NCBI RefSeq assembly: GCF_006345805.1
Contig: NC_042998.1
Span: 114,142,001 to 114,206,000 of the forward strand
Length of the DNA: 64,000 bases
Reading direction: 5' to 3'
From: Octopus sinensis
Taxonomy: Eukaryota
Numbering within the stretch: the stretch's first letter is position 1; every line of letters starts with the position of its first letter. Below are positions 1 through 12,718 of this stretch, one piece after another. The notes under the pieces are model-generated. The model saw nothing but the letters and a program-made list of their open reading frames with translations. It made no database searches and had not been told where the DNA came from. The position numbers were made by a program, and so were the translations under genes.

Positions 1-140
1 CACCATTTCGTCAATCGCAGCAGCTTCCACGCTTCACCACTAATCCAGTTCTTAACTGAATTACAAACTGGTAACAGTTCTAAAGAGGACACCTCCTCAG
101 CTACACTTTGGCATAAATAGTTTGAGATTTGGTTCAGTAG
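1..140 (-). mobile_element. possible RTE-type LINE ORF fragment (runs off window start)
   Basis: Minus frame is open: NQISNYLCQSVAEEVSSLELLPVCNSVKNWISGEAWKLLRLTKW. This resembles the 'AEEVLG...K.WIS.E.W.L' linker of RTE ORFs. The match is short and by motif only. Confidence 0.3.
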
Positions 141-1157
141 AAAAAAATTACATCAAAATATCTGCAACCTCAAGGTGGGGAGGGGCAGTAAGGCCCCTAT
201 TCACATTCACACTGTGGAGTACGTATTTGTCTTGTGTGTGAATATCTATGTTCCTAGAAAGGCAGTGTCATTTTAGGTAACATTTCTCCAAGGAATAATT
301 TCCTTTAGCTGGATATAAAACCGGAGTATTCTTGAAGACATTAATCTGTTCCATGTAGTTTTATATCAAGTCCTGCATGACTATCTTCTTTTACAAAGCC
401 TGGTGAGAGATATAGTTCTCGAAACAATGTTCTCTAATTTACCAATATGACAATTCAGTCTACATAACAAAATTACATTACATGTTAACTCATATCTTAT
501 AAGTTGTATTTCTAACTAACTAAAACTTATTTTTTGTTAGTATTGCTACTGTTTAATTATGGTTGGATACGATTGCTGTGAGAAAGGCAAGAGAAAATAG
601 ACATACTTTTACAGGAAACCAGTAAAATCATTGTCATTCTTACTGCATAAATGTGTTTCATTTTTTATACCGAAAAGAAAATTCCATACAATTATGTCGA
701 TTTACTGCCGAGTAAACATCGGGCGAATCTTTTGGTCTTTTATAATGCGTTTGGCTGTAAAAGCCTGTCTATAGAGAAGTGCTAAACGAATGACAATCAG
801 ACGAAAGGATGTGTAAGCTGTGATAATTTTCCTGAAGATGCCATGTCTTGTGGCTGTAAAGCTGTAAGTTCTGTGGCACAAATAATCTATTGAAGGGATA
901 TGTAGACCACGTCAGCTGCTGAAGCTACATATTGCTTGTGGTCAGTAAAGTTGTTTGTTCTTGAGAAAAGGAAAGGCGGAAGGCGGCGTCGAATCTGTGA
1001 CGCGGAATCTGCATTTTCTGTCAAGACGAGTATCTCTCAAAAGCTACGTACTATTTTATAATAAATTTATAAGTGGCATATTCAATAGTTGTTCGATTAG
1101 TTCATTTAATTAGAATAAATATAAATATGTTGGTACACCTCGTCTTTAAAATAAAAG

Positions 1158-1515
1158 AAAACAAGAGTACCCAGAGAGCGCAAATCTCCACCAAGGCCCT
1201 CTCAACAATTATCCAGAAATGATTTTTAAAATGAGAAGATCAGAAATAAACTCGACTGTTCTCAGAAATGAGAATACTAAAAATGAACGTGACCGCTCTC
1301 AAAAAGTATGTAAAAACAGGAAAAATTATCCAGAATCCTTGTTCGGTACCAGATAGATTCCAAAATCTAAACAATTCTTGTTAGTCACAAGGCCAAAGAT
1401 TTCTGAAATGTTCATACGAATACATCCAGTGGTTCTTGAGATATCTTGTCCACGAACAAGCATACAAACACGACTGAAAACAATACATTCGCCTTCGCTA
1501 AGGTGGGGGTAATAA
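1158..1515 (+). mobile_element. degenerate non-autonomous Helentron-like (HINE/DINE-1-type) element
   Basis: Starts AACAAGAG...GCGCAAATCTCCACCAAGG and ends in an imperfect hairpin ACATTCGCCTT-CGCT-AAGGTGGGGGT-AATAA. The 5' motif resembles the left arm of the hairpin (subterminal-repeat layout). Non-coding. Confidence 0.45.
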
Positions 1516-3118
1516 GCATTAACTAAGCTTTTACCCACGTTAGTTTATAAATATAGTAAACCAGGGAAAATCATGAATTAAATATATGAAATATATTTAA
1601 TATATGAATTGTTACGTTTATCATCTTAGTTACTATTTTTCACTTTGTAAAACATAATTTTATTATTTTCGAAGAACACTGTTTTGGAACAACTTGTATA
1701 AATACTCACGAAATATATGTCATGTTAGCGATGAAGAATTTGTTGGTTTGAGCTAAACATGGCACTTCAGCGTTAAGCAAATTTTCAAAATGTTTTAGAA
1801 AGGCATGCCATCGCTATATTTAACATTTTCACGGAAACTATTTCAAAGGAATTCTGTTGCTACCCTATTAATCTTCGCAGCGTTTCCAATATTTCTCTTT
1901 TTTCGGTATGTTTCTACAATTTTCACTTTTGATATCAAAACTTGATTATTTTGGTAATAAGGAAAGAAAACAATTTTTCTTCTTCATTTTGTCCAAGAAT
2001 GTGTTGATGCTCCTTACTTTTATTTGCTTGCGTTTCCATTTCATATACTGTATATCAGCGGAAACTAACTTTTTTTTCATTTTCATAATTTCGGCATGGA
2101 ATAATCTTTATACAGCATGAAATATTTCATAAAATTGTCACTCTTCTACATTCTCAGTCAAAAGAAAGAAACTCAGGTTACTCAGCAATCCAGAATTTAC
2201 CTTCAGGCAACAAACTTTATACATTTATTTATTTAGCTATTTCTTTATTTCAATTTACTGCCTTTTTTGATGTTGTTCTTTCACTTTATTTTTCAATTCT
2301 GTTATTTCTATATTCCCAATCTTTATTTTCCAGGTTCATTTGTTATTTTTCTTAATTCGACATTTGATAAGTATGTTTCAAAATTATGTGGGTGTTTTCA
2401 TACCATAATCTAATTATTTTCAGTTATTATTTGATGTAACGTTAGTACACTAACATGTATTAATATATTGTGTAACGTTTAAGGCAATAATAGATAAACA
2501 GAGACCTTAGAGCGATGGACAAAATGTCTTGCAGTATTACTTCTGGAACTTTATTTTGACCCTCATCCTTGCGGGGTCAATAATTTTAAGTATAAATTAA
2601 GTACTGATATATATATATTTGTGTGTGTGTTTGTGTGTGTGATGTGTGTGTGTGTATTCAGATCTCCCTTTCTCCCAAAGAATATATTATATAATGGTCT
2701 CGGAATCTCCCTTAGTTTTCTAAACAATCCTATCGTATACCTTATACATGTTTTTTGTATTACGTGTTTATTGTATTTTTTCGTAACAAGTCTATTCTAT
2801 ATATGATTTAGATTTGATGGCAAATAAACTAAACGCAGGAAAACTCGTTAGAACGTCGCAAAAATGTATTCGGTTGTTATTCCAGCTCTGTACTTCCCAA
2901 GTTCAATTCCTCTCGGGAGAATTTTCTTTTCTCAGAATAGAAAAAGTACCACGTATGTACAAAAGTATCACATATGATAAAGAACACTTAAATCTGTTCG
3001 AGATTTTTGTTAAAAAAATATTTATTCTTATCGTAAACAAAAATTGCTGTCTTTACTACGAAGAACAAACACCGTGATAGCTCGAAGTTTATTGCTCTTG
3101 GATTAGATATCATAGTAA

Positions 3119-3270
3119 TCACTGTCGTGAGTTTCTTGTGTTGTTGTCGTCTGTCAATTGCTTTTGTACTGTGACAGTGCTCTGGTCAGCTGCTGGTTCT
3201 GATACTGTTTGCGAACTGCCATCTTCTGTGTCCCGCCTGATGTCCGCGGTCCGTCGACTGTCGTTAGCAG
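3119..3270 (-). CDS. candidate terminal coding exon of an unidentified host gene
   Basis: GC-richer island with acceptor cttattttAG at 3271-3272. The phase-1 frame reads xANDSRRTADIRRDTEDGSSQTVSEPAADQSTVTVQKQLTDDNNTRNSRQ-stop (TGA at 3119-3121); the phase-0 frame is also open for 38 codons. Minus-strand AATAAA at 3088-3093. No recognisable domain. Confidence 0.3.
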
Positions 3271-3643
3271 CTAAAATAAGCTGAATTTATAGTGTTGATC
3301 TTGCTCAGAAAAAATCGCCCTGATGATAAAGTCTTGAATGGTCAGGTATTTCTATGCCGTTGGCAATATCGCAGTGAACGACGATCGTATTCTTGAGTTT
3401 ATTTTGTATCAGATATAGTGACCCGGGTTCGATTTCTAAGTTAAATATTCCTGCTACAGGATTGATAGCATTAACTAACATCTCCCAGTTCTGCTCTTCT
3501 CTAAATTAGAAACTGTTATTATCAGTGAAACGCTGCAAGCTGGTAGGAGTACCAGTCAGGTAATGGGATCAATGTAATCAACTATCCACACTCTCCTAAA
3601 ATTGCTGACGTTGTGGCAAAAATTAAAGGATTACTATTATTAA

Positions 3644-3860
3644 GGCGGAAAAGTGGCAAAATCATTAGCATGCCAGGAAAGGCGGTTAGTAATATTTTTT
3701 CTCCAGCGTTTTGGTTCTGACTTCATATCCTGCCGAGATCAGCTTTACGTTTATTTCTCTCGGGATCGGTAAAATAAGTACCAATCAAATACTAGGATCG
3801 ACGCACTTGACTTATCCCTCTCCCCAAAATCGGTTGGCCCTGTGCCAAAATTTAAAACGA
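3644..3860 (+). mobile_element. tRNA-derived SINE, family 1 (diverged)
   Basis: GGCGG..GTGGCAAAATCATTAGCATGCC head, ...GGATCGGTAAAATAAGTACC core and GGCCCTGTGCCAAAATTT tail followed by (ATT)n. Homologous to the copies at 17578 and 48823. Confidence 0.6.
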
Positions 3861-3871
3861 TTATTATTATA

Positions 3872-3908
<37 letters not shown>

Positions 3909-3937
3909 TATTATTATTATTATATTATTATTATTAC
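3861..3937. repeat. (ATT)n microsatellite at the 3' end of R4/Dong element A
   Basis: Directly visible. Confidence 0.95.
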
Positions 3938-3940
3938 TTT

Positions 3941-6900
3941 TTTTTTTCTTCTTTCAAATTTTCTTCCATTTCTTGCCGAGTGTCTTCCCGACTCCTAGGG
4001 CAAAGAAACTCATAGTGTATATTGGTAGGCCATTAAACCAAACTCAGTAGTTCGTTCATATTTTTTTTTTTTTTTTTAAAGTTAAATTAAAATACATGAG
4101 CAGCAACAGTTCTCACATCGACAATGCTCTTCTCAATACGTGTGATGTACCAGTTAAGACAATCTTTTGCACTTCTTGCAGGGATGGTAAGCCAGGGATC
4201 ATTCTCATATAATTTTCGGTTCCCTTCTTGATCATTCCTAGTGCTCCTACGATCACTGGTATTGTAACCGCCTTGAGATGCCACATTTTCTCAATTTCAA
4301 TGAGTAGGTCTTTATATTTTCTGAGCTTGTCAAACTCTTTCGCTGATATATTATGATCACAGGGGATGCTCATGTCGATCAATAAGCAAACTTTATTGTT
4401 TTGGTCTTTCACAACAATATCTGGTTTATTGGCCTTGATGGTTCGGTCTGTATGTACTGGAAAGTCCCACAGAATGGTTACATTTTCTCCTTCAGTTACA
4501 GCCTCAGGGTGGTGATTATACCACTTGTCGGCAGTTTTGATATTGTAATGCCGACTTATTAGCCAGTGGAGATATTGGCCAACTCTGTCATGTCTTAATT
4601 TATACTCCACTGGTGCTAAGACTTTACATCCAGAGATTAGGTGGTCCACTGTTTCAATCATGTCGTTGCAGAATCGGCATCTTGGGTCTGCTCCATTTTT
4701 CATCACATTGGCCTGGTAGTTCCGGGTTAATAGGCTTTGGTCTTGAGCAGCCAGGATAAAACTTTCGCTCTCTGCTTTTAGCCCTGAGCTCCGCAGCCAC
4801 TGATGGGTTTGCTTCTGGTCAACATCAGCCTATTTGCTGCGGGTCACATATTTGCCGTGCAGAGGTTTCTCCTCCCACCTATCAGCCAATTGCTCGTGCG
4901 CTTTTTTCATTGCCATCATTTTCACCTTCTTTGCAACAATAGTTGCCGTACTTCCCTCGGGTTGTTCAGTTTGGGTATCCTGCACGAGATCAATAGCAAA
5001 TTTTTTGCTTTCCTTTATGATAGAATAAATCTTCTTTCGTCTCTCGTGATTTTCCACGAGCTTTAGCATCCAGTCATTCGATATTTCGAGATATTTGGCC
5101 AGTCCAATTGTGGTTGTTTTGTAAGCTAGTTCAAATTGGATCAGGCCTCGACCTCCTTGGGCTCTGGGAAGGTAAAGGCGATCTACGTCTGCCTTTGGGT
5201 GGTGCATCCTATTACAACTCAGCAGCTTGCGTATTTTTCTATCTATATTCTTTACTTCACTCATATTCCAGTTCAACACATTGTAGCTATAAGTAACAAC
5301 TGGAACTGCTAAGGAATTTATAGCTAACACCTTGTTACGTGCATTTAGTTCAGATTTCAGGACTGCACGAACTCTCCTATAACATTCCTTCCTGATTTTC
5401 TCTTTCATGCTTGCATGCTGAATACCAGAGCCTTCATTTATCCCTAAATATTTGTATGTTTGTTCTTGCTCAAGCTCTCTTATGACTGTGTCAACATCTA
5501 ACACGACTGAATTTGTGGTCTTCACTTTCCCTTTCTGGAAAGTGGCCTTGGCACACTTCTCAAGTCCAAACTCCATCCCGATGTCATCGCTGAATGCTTT
5601 CACGGTGCGCAATAGGCCTTCAAGTTCATTATTGTCTTTACCATAAAGTTTTAAGTAATCCATATAAAATAGATGGCTTATTTTTTTATTGGCAATTTTA
5701 TACCCATACTCTGTTCTGTAAGGGGTATTAGGGCTATGCAGAATATTAAAGGTGAAAGTGAGTCACCTTGAAAAATTCCACAGTTGATGTTTATATTTTC
5801 TGAAGCAAGTACTCCATTAGAGTGGTATAATTGGAGATTCGTATTCCACAACGACATATTGTGCTTCAGGAAGTTTGAAATCACAGGGGAAATTTTGAAG
5901 ATGTCCAGCGATCTCAAGATCCATGGATGCGGTATACTGTCGAAGGGCTTTTTATAGTCAATCCATGCGGTGCTGAGATTTCTGCGCTTGTTGTGACAAT
6001 TCTCAAGGATCATACGATTGATTAGCAGTTGATCTTTGCATCCGTAAGAGCCTCGGCGGCACCCTTTTTGTTCAATGGGGAAAATATCGTTCTTCTCCAT
6101 GAATGCATATGTTTTCTCCGCCAGGATAGATGTTAGGATTTTATACGTGGTGGATAGACAGGTTATAGGCCGATAGTTTTTTGGAAGGTTGGTTTCGTTA
6201 TTCTTTGGGAGTAGGTAAGTAATGCCACTTGCTAACCATTCAGGTGTTTTCTTTGGGTCTCTCATAATTCCATTGAGCAGCTGAACTAGCTTACCGTGTG
6301 CGCACGGGAGCGATGCGAGCCAGAAATTCGGCACCCTATCTTTACCGGGGGATTTCCAATTATGGGCCTTCGTGAGTGCCTTTCTTAGGTCTGCTATTGT
6401 GATGTCTTCCCATGCTTGTTGTTGTAAATTTTGGTAGGATCCTTCAGTTTGTATAATCCAGTCTGCATTTATGTTGTACGTCTTCTTGTCACTCCAAATC
6501 CTTTTCCAAAAGTTTTGAACTTCTTCCATGGGAGGGGGGTCTTTAACGGTTACTTTCCTTCCCTATTTCTCTGTAGAATTTTTTGGCATTGGATGTGAAC
6601 AGCTTATTTTGCTTGTAAAACTTGTTTCTCTTCTCAAATCTTCGTATTCTTTGGGCTTTTGCTTGGACTTTTTGTTTCAGCGTTTCTTTTATTGATATCA
6701 GTTCTTCTCTTGGTGAGGATCCAAATTTTCTCTTCATCTTTCTTCCTGTTCTGGATCTTACATCATTTCCACATATTAGTTCATTTAATATTGATATTTC
6801 CCCTCTCATAAATTCAATCTCTTTTTCAATTTTACTTCCCCAGGTTTGATTTCTTCCCAGGTTTTGTTTTCTTTGTTTTTTCGGGGTCATACAGCTGGTT

Positions 6901-7171
6901 TCAATTGCCCTAGCAGAAGCGTAAATAATTTCATTTAACTCAGTAAAATCAGGTTTTAATTCTCGTATTATTTCATTTGTTACATAGTTGCCAATTTGGA
7001 TTTGTTTTTTATTTTGGTTTGTATTTGAGAGTTTATGAAGCGGTTCTCTATCATTCATACTTGTATGTCTTACAACTTCAAGCGTATTCAGGATTTTCTG
7101 CCTCATTTCTGCCATAGACTCTCTGTGTTCTTCAGCAAATGCGAGATCTTCAGTTACTGTTGTTTTTTCGT
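3941..7171 (-). mobile_element. R4/Dong-clade RLE non-LTR retrotransposon, family A, 5'-truncated (about 3.2 kb)
   Basis: Four ORF pieces join into one RT-zinc knuckle-RLE protein: NYRPITCLS, DYKK.FDSIPH, GIFQGDSLSPL, YMD(Y), HPKADVDRLY...GGRGL, AAQDQ, CRFC..ETVDHLISGC, RHD, KPDIV..LIDMSIP..KEFDK, IPVIVGALG. A 3'UTR of about 170 nt ends in an A run plus (TAA)n. The ORF stays open up to the (TAA)n junction at about 7171. Confidence 0.9.
4113..7171 (-). pseudogene. disrupted RT/RLE ORF of R4/Dong family A
   Basis: Frameshift at about 6552 (EIGK/ESNR-stop versus KVTVKDPPP). Deletion-frameshift at about 5715. The catalytic motif reads YMDY at 5655-5666 instead of YMDD. In-frame TAG at 4830-4832. 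Confidence 0.85.
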
Positions 7172-7173
7172 TT

Positions 7174-7227
<54 letters not shown>

Positions 7228-7276
7228 GCTGTTGTTGTTGTTGTTGTTGTTGTTGCTGTTGTTATTATTATTATTA

Positions 7277-7320
<44 letters not shown>
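7172..7320. repeat. (TTA)n/(TTG)n compound microsatellite between two R4/Dong elements
   Basis: Directly visible. Confidence 0.95.
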
Positions 7321-7321
<1 letters not shown>

Positions 7322-8824
7322 GTCATTTTTCCTTCGTAACACAGTGTAGGCAAAAATGCACCAGAGTCTTTAGTCATTTGTCAAGTCACAACAAGGACAT
7401 CTGACAGATAATACTTTCCTTAAAATGTGTGCTGTGCCCAATAAGGCTGCTCTTTGCAAGACATGAATCTTCCACCAGATTTCCAGTTGCCTTAAGAAAT
7501 CTTGAAGTTGCAATGGTATTGAGCCAAACGCTCCGGTCACCACTGGTATAACTTTTACATTACCCTCTCGCATTCCATACAGTCTTGCCATTTCCACTTT
7601 CAATTCGGAGTACTTGGTGATTTTTTTCAACCTCTTTACTCACAACATTCATATCATTTGATATGGCTACATCAATGATCTGATAGTATTTGTCTCTCTT
7701 ATTAAGTATGACAATATCCGGCCGACGGTATTCGATTATACGATTCGTCTGAAAATCATAGTCTCAGAGTATCATTACTTTTCCATCCTCCGGCATAAAT
7801 TTACTTGGTACATGCTCAGTTCTCTGTTACTTCATATTGATATTTACGGTATAAGAACCAATGAAGATACACACACACTTTATCGTAGCGGCACTTGTAT
7901 TATTTTTGTGCAAGGCTCTCACATCCACTTACTAAGTGGGTCACATTTTCCACTCTTTCCACAGTCTGCATTTCTGGGTGTCAGAATTTTTTTTGATGTT
8001 ATACTTCACTGAATTGGTAGCGAGAGCATTGTGCAGCAATGATCAAGTTTTCGATGGTACGCTTCAAATCACCTCGCTCAAGTCATGCCCACGATGCTGT
8101 ATTATCCTTAACTCCTTGTGTATTCCTTTCAAACTGTCCATGCTTTCCCATTTCAACATGGTCTTCTTTTGTTTTCTCTTCAGCTCTTTCATCAAACTCT
8201 GCCTTGCCCATCATTTAAATCTGCATTTACACACATATCTTTCGCGGCATATTGCAGTTGGTCTTCATCACTATTTATCGGTAGGCGTTCTACTTTCACT
8301 CTTTATGCAATGGTCTATACTAATTAGTCCTCTGCCACCATTCTTTCTTTCCTTATACAGCCTGTTTACGTTTGCTTTAGGGTGTAGCGCCCCATGCAGC
8401 GTCATCACCTTTCTTGTCCTTCCTATCCAGTGTTGATATTTCCACGTTAGTCTATTTGAGAATGGACGCAATATATGTGATCACCGCAACTGCCCAGATA
8501 TTCATTGTGGAACTCAAATTTTTGGGCATTCTGGTTGGATTTTCTCACAATCTGCACCATTTTTCGATACGCATCGCTGACCTTGACATTCATTTCTCTG
8601 TGTAGAATGTCATCTAGCTCTAAAATCCCTAAATGTCTATACCCACTACTGACGAGTTCACCCATGGTCTCTCCTGGTGGTAACCATAAACCTCTGCAGG
8701 CTGCTTTCTTCCCTCTTTTCATATTAAGTACTTAGAATTTGGTGATCCCAAATTCCATACCGACGTCCCTAACACACTTCTGGACCATGTTGGTTAAGGA
8801 GTCTCTCTGTTTTTCAAATTTCGT
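7321..8824 (-). mobile_element. R4/Dong-clade RLE element, family B, 5'-truncated and degenerate
   Basis: Minus-strand pieces DVGMEFGITK, YRHLGILE, HPKANVNRLY..GGRGLISI, LIIAAQ, CRL..VENVTHLVSGC, RRPDIVI..IIDVAI..KEVEKK, VIPVVTGAFG, LLGTAHILRKVL. The protein is clearly diverged from family A. Confidence 0.85.
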
Positions 8825-8848
8825 ATCATCATCATCATCATCATCATC

Positions 8849-8933
<85 letters not shown>

Positions 8934-8945
8934 TTATTATTATTA
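8825..8945. repeat. (TCA)n/(TTA)n microsatellite
   Basis: Directly visible. Confidence 0.95.
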
Positions 8946-9905
8946 TGGGATCGGTGGATATTCCGCTTTAGAAATTTATAGAAAATTAGTAGTAGGGAAG
9001 TGTGATCACGTTCTCGAGGAGACTCTGAGTGCCGACGAGAACGATCTGGCTAGTCTGTTCCGGAGGACTTTCCGGTCGGGATCTATCATGGATAATTTCC
9101 AGAAGTATTTGGCCTTGCAGTGTTACGGGGTTGGGGCGCTACCCGTTCGAAATAAACTCTACAGGCACGGATGTGCTGTCAGAAGGATTCGTCCGAGGTG
9201 CTCACAGAGTGTCGAAACTGTTTTGTACGCCCTCGTTCAATGTCTGGGCATTCCTAAGTTGTGGGGTTATGTTGAACAGCTGGTGTCACATGTAGGACGG
9301 TTCCGTCTCTCGGCCGAGTCTGTGGTGATGATTGCACCACCTCCCTTCTTCAACCGAGCAGGCAAAGCAGTTTTTCCTTGCCTGGTCGCTGTGGCGAAAG
9401 AGATTGTTTGGTGGACAAGGTTGAAAGGCATGAGGACAGATATGTTTCTTTTTAGTAGAGCCTCATTGACTTTTTCAAGTTTCACTTGAAAAAGAAATTG
9501 AGTTGAGAGAGAAGTACTGTCCTCGAGTGGGTTAACTGACAGGTGTTTGAAAGTTTCTAAAATGGCAAGAGTGGATGGTACATCTCTAAGTGTAGACCTA
9601 TGAGTCAGAGAGGAAAAATTGGAGAGGGTATTTGCCCCTAGGGATTCAGGGAAATCTCGGACAGTAGGGTTCCATCGATTTTCCCTTGAGGTCACCATGT
9701 ATCAGGAGGGCCACATCTCTGCCATTACCCTACCCTTTTCTTTTTCTTCTTTTTTTTACCTTTGTATGCTATGCATATGTCCCTTCTTTTCCAGCGTATC
9801 CATGTATCTTTTCTTTTTATCATTTCATTATTATAAGTAACCCCCACACTTTATGTCTGTCCCCTGTATCATCCCCTTCATCCTTCGCCTTTGTAGCAAA
9901 TAGAT
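8946..9905 (+). mobile_element. L1/Tx1-like non-LTR retrotransposon 3' end (zf-RVT-like C-terminus plus 3'UTR), TTA-associated subfamily
   Basis: MDNFQKYLALQCY..ALPVRNKLYRHG..PRCSQSVETVLYALVQC..WWTRLKG. Stop at 9601-9603 after a frameshift, then a pyrimidine-rich UTR. Homologous to 49854-50788. Confidence 0.75.
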
Positions 9906-9923
9906 TCATCATCATCATCATCA

Positions 9924-10006
<83 letters not shown>
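9906..10006. repeat. (TCA)n(TTA)n microsatellite
   Basis: Directly visible. Confidence 0.95.
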
Positions 10007-10364
10007 TAAGGCATCGGTGACAAGTAAAAACTGCGGAAATATAAAAAAAAAACGACTTACATGTTCATTATTAATGCGGTCCGTTTGATTTGAATGTGAA
10101 TATGCTCATTGTTTTCGTGTTTTTTATACGAGGGAAAATTCGCCTTTCAGACAATCTGTGTTGAAAACACTCTGATAATTGAAACAATGGAACTTTGAAA
10201 TGTCGTGGTGTTTCGATCTGACTGTTCCTCTTCGGTTAAAGGTACCGTAGGCCAAGGAAGTTAAATATTGTTTACTTATTTCTATAAAGAAAGGCCGCTT
10301 TCTAATTATTGTACAGTAAAACATTAAGATCTAACTGAATTAGTTTTGGAGGCAGGTTAAATTT

Positions 10365-10600
10365 AGGGGTTTAGTTTTAACTTTATCAGTTAAACAGACA
10401 ATATGTAGACAAAATATTCTGCCTGTTTTATTTCCAAGTGACCAGATCCTGCCTTTCACACTTACCCAACAATGCAATTCTAAAAATTAACTATCATATC
10501 ATCAAACATTTGACGCTACGAGATAAGGCATGATTAATTCAAAACAATTTAAATGTATAAGCATTGCTCCCAACTGATTAAATTGGAGGCTAAAGGGCTA
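10365..10600. mobile_element. possible degenerate MITE-like repeat
   Basis: The right end GCTAAAGGGCTAA resembles a CCCTTT..TTAA-type terminus; the left end is poorly preserved. Confidence 0.25.
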
Positions 10601-11894
10601 AATCTGACTCAAATTCATTCCCAAGCAAACAGATTTTAATTAAGTTCTCATATATCTATATACAATACTAAGAAAGTGGGAGGGTCTCTACTCATGCAAA
10701 CACGGATTTGAACAATAAATTTTAATGTTTATAATGTAGTTTAAAACGCCACCGGTGAATATCCATTTAATATCCACCTAATGTTTTAAATACTACAAAT
10801 CCCTTTTCCTACCTACGGTGATTAAAAGTCAAGAATAAAACGCAGAGTACGGTGTCAGTTTTTGATATAATAAATATATCTTTCTACTCTCTTCAACGTA
10901 TTCTCTTGTATATGAGATAATATTTGCATTCTGTAAAAAATATTATATACTGTACAACATTTACATACTTACATATATGCACAGATACATTTATATATAC
11001 ATGTATAATACTTTGAATGTATGAATATGTGTAAAGTATTCATACACACATACACACACATGCACACACACATATAAACAAACATACCTTCATAAACTGC
11101 ATGTGTATATATACGTTTATATTTCATGATACATACATATATACCTGTATATTTATGTGTACACATATATATTGAAGATAAAAATATGCGAATATGTGTA
11201 TAAATGTACATACATATATGTATATGCGTATGCACGTATATACACATATAAATATATATATGTGTGTGTGTGTGTGTGAATTTATATATATATTTGTGTA
11301 TTTGTATACAAAAAGAGAAAGAAAGATAGAGTGAGGGAGAGGGATAATGATAGCTATGTAGTTAGATGTTTAGATAGATACGCATATTTAGACAGATATA
11401 GATGTAACGATATTACTTGAACGGCGAATGATATAAATAAATAAATAAATAAATATATAAATAATAATTTGAAAAAATAACAGAATCAAAGAAAGAAATC
11501 TAGGAAAAGCAGGAAAGAATTATGGAAAAATAGAAACAAAATTACACAAAAAACATTATATCGAATAGAGTCACTAGGAATTGTTGAACAATCAGGAAAG
11601 TAAATATGTAAATACAGAATAGAAAAAAAAAAGAAAGAAAGAATTGTCGAAAACTAGTAGTGTTGTATTGTATTATAAAAACAATACAAATATTTTTATA
11701 CGCCAAGTTTTCGGAGACCGTATCTTTTAAGAGCTGCCATTTTAAACTGTGCGAATGATAACGGTTCTCTGTCAATAAAGATGTTTATTTGACAACTCAA
11801 ATGTACAGAACAGGTATGAATGTTGTGGCAGTTTGTCGGCTGGTTGCTTGCTTCCTTGGTGGTGTCGGTGTGGTGTTGAACGTAACCATGATGC

Positions 11895-11961
<67 letters not shown>

Positions 11962-12685
11962 TTAGTGACAAGAGTGTTTGTAACTTCTGATCCATGCTGG
12001 TAGAGGCGGTGATGATAATGTTAGTGGCAATGATGTGATAACAGTAATAACGTCGTCATAATCATCAGCCACAACAACGACAACAACATTGATAAAATTA
12101 CTACTGTAAAAACAATAACATTAATAAAATTATTATTATTATTATTATGGCTACAAAAATGATGCACAACAAAATTGTATGTTATATCTTTCAAATAAGG
12201 AGATTGTACGTGAACTGATATTTTATTGTTTTCTGGTATCAGCTTCTGTATAAAATGGTTGGAAACTAAAGGCGCAATAAATAAATAAATAAGAAACGAA
12301 ACAATAAATAAATAAAAACGTAGAAAGAAACAAAAATCATTGCCACTTATTGTCAGTCTTTGTTGGAACATTGCATGCTGTTTAGTGTTATTTCCTTTAC
12401 TGTATTGGCTATTTTATTGCTTCTTATTTTGTTATAATAACATATCTATACACTCTCTTTTCACCGTATCTTATAATAATTATAGTTTCCTTCTCCAGTG
12501 GAAAAATATTTCTTCTGAAATGTTTAACTTTATGATTAACTCCGTAAGAGGATAATGGAACATGGAATGTAAAATAGTGTGAAAATAAATGATTCGTCAA
12601 AAATATGTATTGTGCAGTTTATTTATTTATAAATTTTGTTTATTGATATGAAGTTATGTTTTTAAGAATCAACGTCTTTTCTTAC

Positions 12686-12718
12686 ATGGTTAACAGCTGA
12701 TAACATAGAGTATGGTGC
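12686..12718 (-). CDS. weak candidate micro-exon (33 nt)
   Basis: Acceptor attttcgacttttcAG, donor CAT|GTAAGA. Phase 0 reads APYSMLSAVNH. A chance match is plausible in AT-rich DNA. Confidence 0.15.

Noticed and set aside
3320-3345. CTGATGA hammerhead or C-box core
   Set aside because: No GAAA partner, stems or D box found.
4087-4284. 65-aa ORF MASQGGYN..
   Set aside because: It is an alternative frame of the R4/Dong RLE region.
10151-10241. Plus-strand exon-like segment
   Set aside because: Stops in all three frames.
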